Of a stretch of DNA of 64,000 nucleotides, positions 1-12,742 are shown piece after piece. The DNA lies in the NCBI GenBank assembly GCA_977017575.1, contig CDRNVI010000012.1:1-64000 (forward strand), read 5' to 3'. The stretch comes from Paramoeba atlantica (Eukaryota > Protista > Discosea). Positions within the stretch are counted from its first letter, which is position 1, and every line of letters begins with the position of its first letter. Under the pieces are notes generated by a model. It saw only the letters and a program-made list of their open reading frames with translations, did not search any database and was not told the DNA's origin. The position numbers and the translations under genes are program-made.

Positions 1-1925
1 TGGTCGCGGACAAGGCGAACAAGACGTTGTCGGTTATTGACTCCGGGGTGGGTATGACGAAAGCGGACTTGGTGAATAACCTCGGCACGATTGCTCGATC
101 CGGCACCAAGGCGTTCATGGAGGCCCTGGAATCGGGTGCGGACCTCAGTATGATCGGACAATTCGGTGTCGGGTTCTACTCGGCCTACCTGGTCGCGGAC
201 AAAGTCACTGTCGTCTCGAAGCACAATGACGACGAGGCGCACGTTTGGGAATCCTCCGCGGGTGGCACCTTCACTGTGGCTCCCTGCCCCTCGGCCCCAG
301 TGAAGCGGGGGACAATGATCACGCTGCACCTGAAGGAGGACCAACAGGAGTACCTGGAAGAGCGACGACTGAAGGACCTCGTGAAGAAGCACTCCGAGTT
401 CATCGGCTACGACATCGAGCTACAAGTGGAGCGCACCACGGAGAAGGAAGTTACGGACGACGAGGCGGAGGAGGAAAAGGCGGAGGAAGTGAAACCGGAG
501 GGAGGGGAGGACGAGCCCAAGGTAGAGGAGGCGGAGGAACCCCAGGAGGTGAAGAAGAAGACAAAGAAGGTGAAGGACGTCTCCGTGGAGTATGAGGTGC
601 TGAACAAGAACAAGCCTCTGTGGACAAAGGATCCGAAGGAGGTGTCACAGGAGGAATACGCCGCCTTCTACAAGACCATCAGCAACGACTGGGAGGAGCA
701 TCTCTCCGTCAAACACTTTAGCGTGGAAGGGCAGCTGGAATTCCGCGCAGTACTGTTCGTCCCGAAGCGTGCTCCATTCGACATGTTCGAGCCCAATCGC
801 AAGCGAAACAACATTAAGCTGTACGTGCGTCGTGTCTTCATTATGGACAACTGTGAGGAGATCTGTCCGGAGTGGCTGGCGTTCATTCGAGGCGTCGTCG
901 ACAGCGAAGACCTTCCGTTGAACATCTCCCGTGAGAACCTGCAGCAGAACAAAATCCTGAAGGTGATCCGGAAGAACGTCGTGAAGAAGGCGGTGGAGTT
1001 GTTCGAAGAGCTTGCTGCGGATAAGGACAGTTACAAGAAGTTCTATGAGCACTTCGGGAAGAACATCAAGCTTGGCATTCATGAGGATGCGACGAACCGA
1101 ACCAAACTTTGCGAACTGCTACGCTACAACAGCACGAAGAGCGGCGAAGATGCTACGAGCTTGAAGGACTACGTCACCCGCATGAAGGAGGGCCAGAAGA
1201 GCATCTACTACATCACGGGAGACAGTCGCAAGAAGCTTGAGACATCCCCCTTCCTCGAAGAAGCCAAGCGGCGTGATATGGAAGTCCTGTTCATGGTGGA
1301 TCCCATTGATGAATACGTCATGCAGCAGCTCAAGGACTTTGAGGATAAGAAATTCGTGTGTCTCACCAAGGAGGGCGTCAAGTTTGAAGAAACGGAGGAG
1401 GAGAAGAAGGCACGGGAGGAGAACAAAGCATCCTTCGAGAAGCTTTGCACGACGATCAAAGAGATTCTTGGTGAGAAGGTGGACAAGGTTGTGCTCACCG
1501 AGCGCTTGGCGACCTCCCCCTGTATCCTGGTTACCTCTGAACACGGGTGGAGTGCACACATGGAACAGATCATGAAGCACCAAGCCCTGCGAGACGCTTC
1601 CATGTCCTCGTACATGGTGTCAAAGAAGACAATGGAGATCAATCCGCACCACAGCATTATTAAGGAGCTCCGACGTAAAGCGGATACTGATCAGAACGAC
1701 AAGACCGTGAAGGATCTCGTCATGCTCCTCTTCGATACCGCGTTGTTGACCTCAGGGTTTAACCTTGAAGATCCTTCCTCCTACGGCGAACGCATCCACC
1801 GCATGGTGAAACTCGGCCTCTCCATCGATGACGACGAGCTTCCCCCTGCCCCCGTGGCGGCCAGCTCGGAAATGGATGCTGACGATCTTGCGGAGGGCGA
1901 AGGACGTATGCAGGAGGTCGATTAA
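1..1925 (+). CDS. HSP83: Cytosolic HSP90/HSP83, copy 1 (5'-truncated by the window edge)
   Basis: [29 protein letters not shown] and [15 protein letters not shown] signatures; C-terminal MQEVD. Confidence 0.98.
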   Translation, partial: VADKANKTLSVIDSGVGMTKADLVNNLGTIARSGTKAFMEALESGADLSMIGQFGVGFYSAYLVADKVTVVSKHNDDEAHVWESSAGGTFTVAPCPSAPVKRGTMITLHLKEDQQEYLEERRLKDLVKKHSEFIGYDIELQVERTTEKEVTDDEAEEEKAEEVKPEGGEDEPKVEEAEEPQEVKKKTKKVKDVSVEYEVLNKNKPLWTKDPKEVSQEEYAAFYKTISNDWEEHLSVKHFSVEGQLEFRAVLFVPKRAPFDMFEPNRKRNNIKLYVRRVFIMDNCEEICPEWLAFIRGVVDSEDLPLNISRENLQQNKILKVIRKNVVKKAVELFEELAADKDSYKKFYEHFGKNIKLGIHEDATNRTKLCELLRYNSTKSGEDATSLKDYVTRMKEGQKSIYYITGDSRKKLETSPFLEEAKRRDMEVLFMVDPIDEYVMQQLKDFEDKKFVCLTKEGVKFEETEEEKKAREENKASFEKLCTTIKEILGEKVDKVVLTERLATSPCILVTSEHGWSAHMEQIMKHQALRDASMSSYMVSKKTMEINPHHSIIKELRRKADTDQNDKTVKDLVMLLFDTALLTSGFNLEDPSSYGERIHRMVKLGLSIDDDELPPAPVAASSEMDADDLAEGEGRMQEVD

Positions 1926-2394
1926 GTCGCTTATCGGTTGATCCTATGAGATCACATTCGGGGAAGGAAATCAATTGCTAAATTTGATCTTTTTGCTTTT
2001 TACGAATTAAGTTCAAGGAACGCTGAAATGCAAGATAATCGCCAGGTTGAGCAAGATATGACACTTTGCTCCTGCAATATCTTTTGTTTTGTGCGAATCA
2101 AAGCAGTTCGTTACGCATGACAATTGTTCACCTTATGCTAGTTTCAAACAGTAAAGTTATTCACGCAACTTTAGGCGACTGGGTGATGGTATAAACTATG
2201 ATATACTCATATGATAAGTACTCCTTTTTAAAGTTAATGTTGGCAATATTCGGGATTTATATTAGAACCTCTTCTTCCTTGCTTGTATACTTTGCTAGAC
2301 CTTATTCGAACTGTTCTTGCAGCCATATTCACCGATTTCACACAGAAATACTAGCCTTCTTTTTCATTTTCCTCTCTTTCCACTGCATTCCACA

Positions 2395-4512
2395 ATGTCG
2401 GAAACATTTGCGTTCCAAGCGGAGATCAATCAGCTGATGTCTCTCATCATCAACACCTTTTACAGCAATAAGGAGATTTTCTTACGCGAGCTGATCAGCA
2501 ACTCTTCCGACGCCCTGGATAAGATTCGGTATCAAAGCCTTACGAACCCTGAAGTTCTTTCTGCGGATGAGAAGTTGCACATTCAATTGGTCGCGGACAA
2601 GGCGAACAAGACGTTGTCGGTTATTGACTCCGGGGTGGGTATGACGAAAGCGGACTTGGTGAATAACCTCGGCACGATTGCTCGATCCGGCACCAAGGCG
2701 TTCATGGAGGCCCTGGAATCGGGTGCGGACCTCAGTATGATCGGACAATTCGGTGTCGGGTTCTACTCGGCCTACCTGGTCGCGGACAAAGTCACTGTCG
2801 TCTCGAAGCACAATGACGACGAGGCGCACGTTTGGGAATCCTCCGCGGGTGGCACCTTCACTGTGGCTCCCTGCCCCTCGGCCCCAGTGAAGCGGGGGAC
2901 AATGATCACGCTGCACCTGAAGGAGGACCAACAGGAGTACCTGGAAGAGCGACGACTGAAGGACCTCGTGAAGAAGCACTCCGAGTTCATCGGCTACGAC
3001 ATCGAGCTACAAGTGGAGCGCACCACGGAGAAGGAAGTTACGGACGACGAGGCGGAGGAGGAAAAGGCGGAGGAAGTGAAACCGGAGGGAGGGGAGGACG
3101 AGCCCAAGGTAGAGGAGGCGGAGGAACCCCAGGAGGTGAAGAAGAAGACAAAGAAGGTGAAGGACGTCTCCGTGGAGTATGAGGTGCTGAACAAGAACAA
3201 GCCTCTGTGGACAAAGGATCCGAAGGAGGTGTCACAGGAGGAATACGCCGCCTTCTACAAGACCATCAGCAACGACTGGGAGGAGCATCTCTCCGTCAAA
3301 CACTTTAGCGTGGAAGGGCAGCTGGAATTCCGCGCAGTACTGTTCGTCCCGAAGCGTGCTCCATTCGACATGTTCGAGCCCAATCGCAAGCGAAACAACA
3401 TTAAGCTGTACGTGCGTCGTGTCTTCATTATGGACAACTGTGAGGAGATCTGTCCGGAGTGGCTGGCGTTCATTCGAGGCGTCGTCGACAGCGAAGACCT
3501 TCCGTTGAACATCTCCCGTGAGAACCTGCAGCAGAACAAAATCCTGAAGGTGATCCGGAAGAACGTCGTGAAGAAGGCGGTGGAGTTGTTCGAAGAGCTT
3601 GCTGCGGATAAGGACAGTTACAAGAAGTTCTATGAGCACTTCGGGAAGAACATCAAGCTTGGCATTCATGAGGATGCGACGAACCGAACCAAACTTTGCG
3701 AACTGCTACGCTACAACAGCACGAAGAGCGGCGAAGATGCTACGAGCTTGAAGGACTACGTCACCCGCATGAAGGAGGGCCAGAAGAGCATCTACTACAT
3801 CACGGGAGACAGTCGCAAGAATCTTGAGACATCCCCCTTCCTCGAAGAAGCCAAGCGGCGTGATATGGAAGTCCTGTTCATGGTGGATCCCATTGATGAA
3901 TACGTCATGCAGCAGCTCAAGGACTTTGAGGATAAGAAATTCGTGTGTCTCACCAAGGAGGGCGTCAAGTTTGAAGAAACGGAGGAGGAGAAGAAGGCAC
4001 GGGAGGAGAACAAAGCATCCTTCGAGAAGCTTTGCACGACGATCAAAGAGATTCTTGGTGAGAAGGTGGACAAGGTTGTGCTCACCGAGCGCTTGGCGAC
4101 CTCCCCCTGTATCCTGGTTACCTCTGAACACGGGTGGAGTGCACACATGGAACAGATCATGAAGCACCAAGCCCTGCGAGACGCTTCCATGTCCTCGTAC
4201 ATGGTGTCAAAGAAGACAATGGAGATCAATCCGCACCACAGCATTATTAAGGAGCTCCGACGTAAAGCGGATACTGATCAGAACGACAAGACCGTGAAGG
4301 ATCTCGTCATGCTCCTCTTCGATACCGCGTTGTTGACCTCAGGGTTTAACCTTGAAGATCCTTCCTCCTACGGCGAACGCATCCACCGCATGGTGAAACT
4401 CGGCCTCTCCATCGATGACGACGAGCTTCCCCCTGCCCCCGTGGCGGCCAGCTCGGAAATGGATGCTGACGATCTTGCGGAGGGCGAAGGACGTATGCAG
4501 GAGGTCGATTAA
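2395..4512 (+). CDS. HSP83: Cytosolic HSP90/HSP83, copy 2 (705 aa)
   Basis: Starts [36 protein letters not shown]. True ATG placed at 2395, after a pyrimidine tract. All HSP90 signatures present. Confidence 0.98.
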   Translation: MSETFAFQAEINQLMSLIINTFYSNKEIFLRELISNSSDALDKIRYQSLTNPEVLSADEKLHIQLVADKANKTLSVIDSGVGMTKADLVNNLGTIARSGTKAFMEALESGADLSMIGQFGVGFYSAYLVADKVTVVSKHNDDEAHVWESSAGGTFTVAPCPSAPVKRGTMITLHLKEDQQEYLEERRLKDLVKKHSEFIGYDIELQVERTTEKEVTDDEAEEEKAEEVKPEGGEDEPKVEEAEEPQEVKKKTKKVKDVSVEYEVLNKNKPLWTKDPKEVSQEEYAAFYKTISNDWEEHLSVKHFSVEGQLEFRAVLFVPKRAPFDMFEPNRKRNNIKLYVRRVFIMDNCEEICPEWLAFIRGVVDSEDLPLNISRENLQQNKILKVIRKNVVKKAVELFEELAADKDSYKKFYEHFGKNIKLGIHEDATNRTKLCELLRYNSTKSGEDATSLKDYVTRMKEGQKSIYYITGDSRKNLETSPFLEEAKRRDMEVLFMVDPIDEYVMQQLKDFEDKKFVCLTKEGVKFEETEEEKKAREENKASFEKLCTTIKEILGEKVDKVVLTERLATSPCILVTSEHGWSAHMEQIMKHQALRDASMSSYMVSKKTMEINPHHSIIKELRRKADTDQNDKTVKDLVMLLFDTALLTSGFNLEDPSSYGERIHRMVKLGLSIDDDELPPAPVAASSEMDADDLAEGEGRMQEVD

Positions 4513-4981
4513 GTCGCTTATCGGTTGATCCTATGAGATCACATTCGGGGAAGGAAATCAATTGCTAAATTTGATCTTTTTGCTTTTTACGAATTAAGTT
4601 CAAGGAACGCTGAAATGCAAGATAATCGCCAGGTTGAGCAAGATATGACACTTTGCTCCTGCAATATCTTTTGTTTTGTGCGAATCAAAGCAGTTCGTTA
4701 CGCATGACAATTGTTCACCTTATGCTAGTTTCAAACAGTAAAGTTATTCACGCAACTTTAGGCGACTGGGTGATGGTATAAACTATGATATACTCATATG
4801 ATAAGTACTCCTTTTTAAAGTTAATGTTGGCAATATTCGGGATTTATATTGGAACCTCTTCTTCCTTGCTTGTATACTTTGCTAGACCTTATTCGAACTG
4901 TTCTTGCAGCCATATTCACCGATTTCACACAGAAATACTAGCCTTCTTTTTCATTTTCCTCTCTTTCCACTGCATTCCACA

Positions 4982-7099
4982 ATGTCGGAAACATTTGCGT
5001 TCCAAGCGGAGATCAATCAGCTGATGTCTCTCATCATCAACACCTTTTACAGCAATAAGGAGATTTTCTTACGCGAGCTGATCAGCAACTCTTCCGACGC
5101 CCTGGATAAGATTCGGTATCAAAGCCTTACGAACCCTGAAGTTCTTTCTGCGGATGAGAAGTTGCACATTCAATTGGTCGCGGACAAGGCGAACAAGACG
5201 TTGTCGGTTATTGACTCCGGGGTGGGTATGACGAAAGCGGACTTGGTGAATAACCTCGGCACGATTGCTCGATCCGGCACCAAGGCGTTCATGGAGGCCC
5301 TGGAATCGGGTGCGGACCTCAGTATGATCGGACAATTCGGTGTCGGGTTCTACTCGGCCTACCTGGTCGCGGACAAAGTCACTGTCGTCTCGAAGCACAA
5401 TGACGACGAGGCGCACGTTTGGGAATCCTCCGCGGGTGGCACCTTCACTGTGGCTCCCTGCCCCTCGGCCCCAGTGAAGCGGGGGACAATGATCACGCTG
5501 CACCTGAAGGAGGACCAACAGGAGTACCTGGAAGAGCGACGACTGAAGGACCTCGTGAAGAAGCACTCCGAGTTCATCGGCTACGACATCGAGCTACAAG
5601 TGGAGCGCACCACGGAGAAGGAAGTTACGGACGACGAGGCGGAGGAGGAAAAGGCGGAGGAAGTGAAACCGGAGGGAGGGGAGGACGAGCCCAAGGTAGA
5701 GGAGGCGGAGGAACCCCAGGAGGTGAAGAAGAAGACAAAGAAGGTGAAGGACGTCTCCGTGGAGTATGAGGTGCTGAACAAGAACAAGCCTCTGTGGACA
5801 AAGGACCCGAAGGAGGTGTCACAGGAGGAATACGCCGCCTTCTACAAGACCATCAGCAACGACTGGGAGGAGCATCTCTCCGTCAAACACTTTAGCGTGG
5901 AAGGGCAGCTGGAATTCCGCGCAGTACTGTTCGTCCCGAAGCGTGCTCCATTCGACATGTTCGAGCCCAATCGCAAGCGAAACAACATTAAGCTGTACGT
6001 GCGTCGTGTCTTCATTATGGACAACTGTGAGGAGATCTGTCCGGAGTGGCTGGCGTTCATTCGAGGCGTCGTCGACAGCGAAGACCTTCCGTTGAACATC
6101 TCCCGTGAGAACCTGCAGCAGAACAAAATCCTGAAGGTGATCCGGAAGAACGTCGTGAAGAAGGCGGTGGAGTTGTTCGAAGAGCTTGCTGCGGATAAGG
6201 ACAGTTACAAGAAGTTCTATGAGCACTTCGGGAAGAACATCAAGCTTGGCATTCATGAGGATGCGACGAACCGAACCAAACTTTGCGAACTGCTACGCTA
6301 CAACAGCACGAAGAGCGGCGAAGATGCTACGAGCTTGAAGGACTACGTCACCCGCATGAAGGAGGGCCAGAAGAGCATCTACTACATCACGGGAGACAGT
6401 CGCAAGAAGCTTGAGACATCCCCCTTCCTCGAAGAAGCCAAGCGGCGTGATATGGAAGTCCTGTTCATGGTGGATCCCATTGATGAATACGTCATGCAGC
6501 AGCTCAAGGACTTTGAGGATAAGAAATTCGTGTGTCTCACCAAGGAGGGCGTCAAGTTTGAAGAAACGGAGGAGGAGAAGAAGGCACGGGAGGAGAACAA
6601 AGCATCCTTCGAGAAGCTTTGCACGACGATCAAAGAGATTCTTGGTGAGAAGGTGGACAAGGTTGTGCTCACCGAGCGCTTGGCGACCTCCCCCTGTATC
6701 CTGGTTACCTCTGAACACGGGTGGAGTGCACACATGGAACAGATCATGAAGCACCAAGCCCTGCGAGACGCTTCCATGTCCTCGTACATGGTGTCACAGA
6801 AGACAATGGAGATCAATCCGCACCACAGCATTATTAAGGAGCTCCGACGTAAAGCGGATACTGATCAGAACGACAAGACCGTGAAGGATCTCGTCATGCT
6901 CCTCTTCGATACCGCGTTGTTGACCTCAGGGTTTAACCTTGAAGATCCTTCCTCCTACGGCGAACGCATCCACCGCATGGTGAAACTCGGCCTCTCCATC
7001 GATGACGACGAGCTTCCCCCTGCCCCCGTGGCGGCCAGCTCGGAAATGGATGCTGACGATCTTGCGGAGGGCGAAGGACGTATGCAGGAGGTCGATTAA
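4982..7099 (+). CDS. HSP83: HSP83 copy 3
   Basis: As copy 2; private change SKK->SQK. Confidence 0.98.
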   Translation: MSETFAFQAEINQLMSLIINTFYSNKEIFLRELISNSSDALDKIRYQSLTNPEVLSADEKLHIQLVADKANKTLSVIDSGVGMTKADLVNNLGTIARSGTKAFMEALESGADLSMIGQFGVGFYSAYLVADKVTVVSKHNDDEAHVWESSAGGTFTVAPCPSAPVKRGTMITLHLKEDQQEYLEERRLKDLVKKHSEFIGYDIELQVERTTEKEVTDDEAEEEKAEEVKPEGGEDEPKVEEAEEPQEVKKKTKKVKDVSVEYEVLNKNKPLWTKDPKEVSQEEYAAFYKTISNDWEEHLSVKHFSVEGQLEFRAVLFVPKRAPFDMFEPNRKRNNIKLYVRRVFIMDNCEEICPEWLAFIRGVVDSEDLPLNISRENLQQNKILKVIRKNVVKKAVELFEELAADKDSYKKFYEHFGKNIKLGIHEDATNRTKLCELLRYNSTKSGEDATSLKDYVTRMKEGQKSIYYITGDSRKKLETSPFLEEAKRRDMEVLFMVDPIDEYVMQQLKDFEDKKFVCLTKEGVKFEETEEEKKAREENKASFEKLCTTIKEILGEKVDKVVLTERLATSPCILVTSEHGWSAHMEQIMKHQALRDASMSSYMVSQKTMEINPHHSIIKELRRKADTDQNDKTVKDLVMLLFDTALLTSGFNLEDPSSYGERIHRMVKLGLSIDDDELPPAPVAASSEMDADDLAEGEGRMQEVD

Positions 7100-7568
7100 G
7101 TCGCTTATCGGTTGATCCTATGAGATCACATTCGGGGAAGGAAATCAATTGCTAAATTTGATCTTTTTGCTTTTTACGAATTAAGTTCAAGGAACGCTGA
7201 AATGCAAGATAATCGCCAGGTTGAGCAAGATATGACACTTTGCTCCTGCAATATCTTTTGTTTTGTGCGAATCAAAGCAGTTCGTTACGCATGACAATTG
7301 TTCACCTTATGCTAGTTTCAAACAGTAAAGTTATTCACGCAACTTTAGGCGACTGGGTGATGGTATAAACTATGATATACTCATATGATAAGTACTCCTT
7401 TTTAAAGTTAATGTTGGCAATATTCGGGATTTATATTGGAACCTCTTCTTCCTTGCTTGTATACTTTGCTAGACCTTATTCGAACTGTTCTTGCAGCCAT
7501 ATTCACCGATTTCACACAGAAATACTAGCCTTCTTTTTCATTTTCCTCTCTTTCCACTGCATTCCACA

Positions 7569-9686
7569 ATGTCGGAAACATTTGCGTTCCAAGCGGAGAT
7601 CAATCAGCTGATGTCTCTCATCATCAACACCTTTTACAGCAATAAGGAGATTTTCTTACGCGAGCTGATCAGCAACTCTTCCGACGCCCTGGATAAGATT
7701 CGGTATCAAAGCCTTACGAACCCTGAAGTTCTTTCTGCGGATGAGAAGTTGCACATTCAATTGGTCGCGGACAAGGCGAACAAGACGTTGTCTGTTATTG
7801 ACTCCGGGGTGGGTATGACGAAAGCGGACTTGGTGAATAACCTCGGCACGATTGCTCGATCCGGCACCAAGGCGTTCATGGAGGCCCTGGAATCGGGTGC
7901 GGACCTCAGTATGATCGGACAATTCGGTGTCGGGTTCTACTCGGCCTACCTGGTCGCGGACAAAGTCACTGTCGTCTCGAAGCACAATGACGACGAGGCG
8001 CACGTTTGGGAATCCTCCGCGGGTGGCACCTTCACTGTGGCTCCCTGCCCCTCGGCCCCAGTGAAGCGGGGGACAATGATCACGCTGCACCTGAAGGAGG
8101 ACCAACAGGAGTACCTGGAAGAGCGACGACTGAAGGACCTCGTGAAGAAGCACTCCGAGTTCATCGGCTACGACATCAAGCTACAAGTGGAGCGCACCAC
8201 GGAGAAGGAAGTTACGGACGACGAGGCGGAGGAGGAAAAGGCGGAGGAAGTGAAACCGGAGGGAGGGGAGGACGAGCCCAAGGTAGAGGAGGCGGAGGAA
8301 CCCCAGGAGGTGAAGAAGAAGACAAAGAAGGTGAAGGACGTCTCCGTGGAGTATGAGGTGCTGAACAAGAACAAGCCTCTGTGGACAAAGGACCCGAAGG
8401 AGGTGTCACAGGAGGAATACGCCGCCTTCTACAAGACCATCAGCAACGACTGGGAGGAGCATCTCTCCGTCAAACACTTTAGCGTGGAAGGGCAGCTGGA
8501 ATTCCGCGCAGTACTGTTCGTCCCGAAGCGTGCTCCATTCGACATGTTCGAGCCCAATCGCAAGCGAAACAACATTAAGCTGTACGTGCGTCGTGTCTTC
8601 ATTATGGACAACTGTGAGGAGATCTGTCCGGAGTGGCTGGCGTTCATTCGAGGCGTCGTCGACAGCGAAGACCTTCCGTTGAACATCTCCCGTGAGAGCC
8701 TGCAGCAGAACAAAATCCTGAAGGTGATCCGGAAGAACGTCGTGAAGAAGGTGGTGGAGTTGTTCGAAGTGCTTGCTGCGGATAAGGACAGTTACAAGAA
8801 GTTCTATGAGCACTTCGGGAAGAACATCAAGCTTGGCATTCATGAGGATGCGACGAACCGAACCAAACTTTGCGAACTGCTACGCTACAACAGCACGAAG
8901 AGCGGCGAAGATGCTACGAGCTTGAAGGACTACGTCACCCGCATGAAGGAGGGCCAGAAGAGCATCTACTACATCACGGGAGACAGTCGCAAGAAGCTTG
9001 AGACATCCCCCTTCCTCGAAGAAGCCAAGCGGCGTGATATGGAAGTCCTGTTCATGGTGGATCCCATTGATGAATACGTCATGCAGCAGCTCAAGGACTT
9101 TGAGGATAAGAAATTCGTGTGTCTCACCAAGGAGGGCGTCAAGTTTGAAGAAACGGAGGAGGAGAAGAAGGCACGGGAGGAGAACAAAGCGTCCTTCGAG
9201 AAGCTTTGCACGACGATCAAAGAGATTCTTGGTGAGAAGGTGGACAAGGTTGTGCTCACCGAGCGCTTGGCGACCTCCCCCTGTATCCTGGTTACCTCTG
9301 AACACGGGTGGAGTGCACACATGGAACAGATCATGAAGCACCAAGCCCTGCGAGACGCTTCCATGTCCTCGTACATGGTGTCAAAGAAGACAATGGAGAT
9401 CAATCCGCACCACAGCATTATTAAGGAGCTCCGACGTAAAGCGGATACTGATCAGAACGACAAGACCGTGAAGGATCTCGTCATGCTCCTCTTCGATACC
9501 GCGTTGTTGACCTCAGGGTTTAACCTTGAAGATCCTTCCTCCTACGGCGAACGCATCCACCGCATGGTGAAACTCGGCCTCTCCATCGATGACGACGAGC
9601 TTCCCCCTGCCCCCGTGGCGGCCAGCTCGGAAATGGATGCTGACGATCTTGCGGAGGGCGAAGGACGTATGCAGGAGGTCGATTAA
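7569..9686 (+). CDS. HSP83: HSP83 copy 4
   Basis: As copy 2; GYDIKL variant plus private changes RESLQQ, KKVVEL and FEVLAA. Confidence 0.98.
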   Translation: MSETFAFQAEINQLMSLIINTFYSNKEIFLRELISNSSDALDKIRYQSLTNPEVLSADEKLHIQLVADKANKTLSVIDSGVGMTKADLVNNLGTIARSGTKAFMEALESGADLSMIGQFGVGFYSAYLVADKVTVVSKHNDDEAHVWESSAGGTFTVAPCPSAPVKRGTMITLHLKEDQQEYLEERRLKDLVKKHSEFIGYDIKLQVERTTEKEVTDDEAEEEKAEEVKPEGGEDEPKVEEAEEPQEVKKKTKKVKDVSVEYEVLNKNKPLWTKDPKEVSQEEYAAFYKTISNDWEEHLSVKHFSVEGQLEFRAVLFVPKRAPFDMFEPNRKRNNIKLYVRRVFIMDNCEEICPEWLAFIRGVVDSEDLPLNISRESLQQNKILKVIRKNVVKKVVELFEVLAADKDSYKKFYEHFGKNIKLGIHEDATNRTKLCELLRYNSTKSGEDATSLKDYVTRMKEGQKSIYYITGDSRKKLETSPFLEEAKRRDMEVLFMVDPIDEYVMQQLKDFEDKKFVCLTKEGVKFEETEEEKKAREENKASFEKLCTTIKEILGEKVDKVVLTERLATSPCILVTSEHGWSAHMEQIMKHQALRDASMSSYMVSKKTMEINPHHSIIKELRRKADTDQNDKTVKDLVMLLFDTALLTSGFNLEDPSSYGERIHRMVKLGLSIDDDELPPAPVAASSEMDADDLAEGEGRMQEVD

Positions 9687-10155
9687 GTCGCTTATCGGTT
9701 GATCCTATGAGATCACATTCGGGGAAGGAAATCAATTGCTAAATTTGATCTTTTTGCTTTTTACGAATTAAGTTCAAGGAACGCTGAAATGCAAGATAAT
9801 CGCCAGGTTGAGCAAGATATGACACTTTGCTCCTGCAATATCTTTTGTTTTGTGCGAATCAAAGCAGTTCGTTACGCATGACAATTGTTCACCTTATGCT
9901 AGTTTCAAACAGTAAAGTTATTCACGCAACTTTAGGCGACTGGGTGATGGTATAAACTATGATATACTCATATGATAAGTACTCCTTTTTAAAGTTAATG
10001 TTGGCAATATTCGGGATTTATATTGGAACCTCTTCTTCCTTGCTTGTATACTTTGCTAGACCTTATTCGAACTGTTCTTGCAGCCATATTCACCGATTTC
10101 ACACAGAAATACTAGCCTTCTTTTTCATTTTCCTCTCTTTCCACTGCATTCCACA

Positions 10156-12273
10156 ATGTCGGAAACATTTGCGTTCCAAGCGGAGATCAATCAGCTGATG
10201 TCTCTCATCATCAACACCTTTTACAGCAATAAGGAGATTTTCTTACGCGAGCTGATCAGCAACTCTTCCGACGCCCTGGATAAGATTCGGTATCAAAGCC
10301 TTACGAACCCTGAAGTTCTTTCTGCGGATGAGAAGTTGCACATTCAATTGGTCGCGGACAAGGCGAACAAGACGTTGTCGGTTATTGACTCCGGGGTGGG
10401 TATGACGAAAGCGGACTTGGTGAATAACCTCGGCACGATTGCTCGATCCGGCACCAAGGCGTTCATGGAGGCCCTGGAATCGGGTGCGGACCTCAGTATG
10501 ATCGGACAATTCGGTGTCGGGTTCTACTCGGCCTACCTGGTCGCGGACAAAGTCACTGTCGTCTCGAAGCACAATGACGACGAGGCGCACGTTTGGGAAT
10601 CCTCCGCGGGTGGCACCTTCACTGTGGCTCCCTGCCCCTCGGCCCCAGTGAAGCGGGGGACAATGATCACGCTGCACCTGAAGGAGGACCAACAGGAGTA
10701 CCTGGAAGAGCGACGACTGAAGGACCTCGTGAAGAAGCACTCCGAGTTCATCGGCTACGACATCAAGCTACAAGTGGAGCGCACCACGGAGAAGGAAGTT
10801 ACGGACGACGAGGCGGAGGAGGAAAAGGCGGAGGAAGTGAAACCGGAGGGAGGGGAGGACGAGCCCAAGGTAGAGGAGGCGGAGGAACCCCAGGAGGTGA
10901 AGAAGAAGACAAAGAAGGTGAAGGACGTCTCCGTGGAGTATGAGGTGCTGAACAAGAACAAGCCTCTGTGGACAAAGGACCCGAAGGAGGTGTCACAGGA
11001 GGAATACGCCGCCTTCTACAAGACCATCAGCAACGACTGGGAGGAGCATCTCTCCGTCAAACACTTTAGCGTGGAAGGGCAGCTGGAATTCCGCGCAGTA
11101 CTGTTCGTCCCGAAGCGTGCTCCATTCGACATGTTCGAGCCCAATCGCAAGCGAAACAACATTAAGCTGTACGTGCGTCGTGTCTTCATTATGGACAACT
11201 GTGAGGAGATCTGTCCGGAGTGGCTGGCGTTCATTCGAGGCGTCGTCGACAGCGAAGACCTTCCGTTGAACATCTCCCGTGAGAACCTGCAGCAGAACAA
11301 AATCCTGAAGGTGATCCGGAAGAACGTCGTGAAGAAGGCGGTGGAGTTGTTCGAAGAGCTTGCTGCGGATAAGGACAGTTACAAGAAGTTCTATGAGCAC
11401 TTCGGGAAGAACATCAAGCTTGGCATTCATGAGGATGCGACGAACCGAACCAAACTTTGCGAACTGCTACGCTACAACAGCACGAAGAGCGGCGAAGATG
11501 CTACGAGCTTGAAGGACTACGTCACCCGCATGAAGGAGGGCCAGAAGAGCATCTACTACATCACGGGAGACAGTCGCAAGAAGCTTGAGACATCCCCCTT
11601 CCTCGAAGAAGCCAAGCGGCGTGATATGGAAGTCCTGTTCATGGTGGATCCCATTGATGAATACGTCATGCAGCAGCTCAAGGACTTTGAGGATAAGAAA
11701 TTCGTGTGTCTCACCAAGGAGGGCGTCAAGTTTGAAGAAACGGAGGAGGAGAAGAAGGCACGGGAGGAGAACAAAGCGTCCTTCGAGAAGCTTTGCACGA
11801 CGATCAAAGAGATTCTTGGTGAGAAGGTGGACAAGGTTGTGCTCACCGAGCGCTTGGCGACCTCCCCCTGTATCCTGGTTACCTCTGAACACGGGTGGAG
11901 TGCACACATGGAACAGATCATGAAGCACCAAGCCCTGCGAGACGCTTCCATGTCCTCGTACATGGTGTCAAAGAAGACAATGGAGATCAATCCGCACCAC
12001 AGCATTATTAAGGAGCTCCGACGTAAAGCGGATACTGATCAGAACGACAAGACCGTGAAGGATCTCGTCATGCTCCTCTTCGATACCGCGTTGTTGACCT
12101 CAGGGTTTAACCTTGAAGATCCTTCCTCCTACGGCGAACGCATCCACCGCATGGTGAAACTCGGCCTCTCCATCGATGACGACGAGCTTCCCCCTGCCCC
12201 CGTGGCGGCCAGCTCGGAAATGGATGCTGACGATCTTGCGGAGGGCGAAGGACGTATGCAGGAGGTCGATTAA
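10156..12273 (+). CDS. HSP83: HSP83 copy 5
   Basis: As copy 2; GYDIKL variant. Confidence 0.98.
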   Translation: MSETFAFQAEINQLMSLIINTFYSNKEIFLRELISNSSDALDKIRYQSLTNPEVLSADEKLHIQLVADKANKTLSVIDSGVGMTKADLVNNLGTIARSGTKAFMEALESGADLSMIGQFGVGFYSAYLVADKVTVVSKHNDDEAHVWESSAGGTFTVAPCPSAPVKRGTMITLHLKEDQQEYLEERRLKDLVKKHSEFIGYDIKLQVERTTEKEVTDDEAEEEKAEEVKPEGGEDEPKVEEAEEPQEVKKKTKKVKDVSVEYEVLNKNKPLWTKDPKEVSQEEYAAFYKTISNDWEEHLSVKHFSVEGQLEFRAVLFVPKRAPFDMFEPNRKRNNIKLYVRRVFIMDNCEEICPEWLAFIRGVVDSEDLPLNISRENLQQNKILKVIRKNVVKKAVELFEELAADKDSYKKFYEHFGKNIKLGIHEDATNRTKLCELLRYNSTKSGEDATSLKDYVTRMKEGQKSIYYITGDSRKKLETSPFLEEAKRRDMEVLFMVDPIDEYVMQQLKDFEDKKFVCLTKEGVKFEETEEEKKAREENKASFEKLCTTIKEILGEKVDKVVLTERLATSPCILVTSEHGWSAHMEQIMKHQALRDASMSSYMVSKKTMEINPHHSIIKELRRKADTDQNDKTVKDLVMLLFDTALLTSGFNLEDPSSYGERIHRMVKLGLSIDDDELPPAPVAASSEMDADDLAEGEGRMQEVD

Positions 12274-12742
12274 GTCGCTTATCGGTTGATCCTATGAGAT
12301 CACATTCGGGGAAGGAAATCAATTGCTAAATTTGATCTTTTTGCTTTTTACGAATTAAGTTCAAGGAACGCTGAAATGCAAGATAATCGCCAGGTTGAGC
12401 AAGATATGACACTTTGCTCCTGCAATATCTTTTGTTTTGTGCGAATCAAAGCAGTTCGTTACGCATGACAATTGTTCACCTTATGCTAGTTTCAAACAGT
12501 AAAGTTATTCACGCAACTTTAGGCGACTGGGTGATGGTATAAACTATGATATACTCATATGATAAGTACTCCTTTTTAAAGTTAATGTTGGCAATATTCG
12601 GGATTTATATTGGAACCTCTTCTTCCTTGCTTGTATACTTTGCTAGACCTTATTCGAACTGTTCTTGCAGCCATATTCACCGATTTCACACAGAAATACT
12701 AGCCTTCTTTTTCATTTTCCTCTCTTTCCACTGCATTCCACA

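Noticed and set aside
2317-2394. 26-aa N-terminal extension of HSP83 in the ORF track (731 aa)
   Set aside because: It starts at a non-ATG codon and runs through the pyrimidine tract; homology begins at MSETF (2395). The same applies to every copy.
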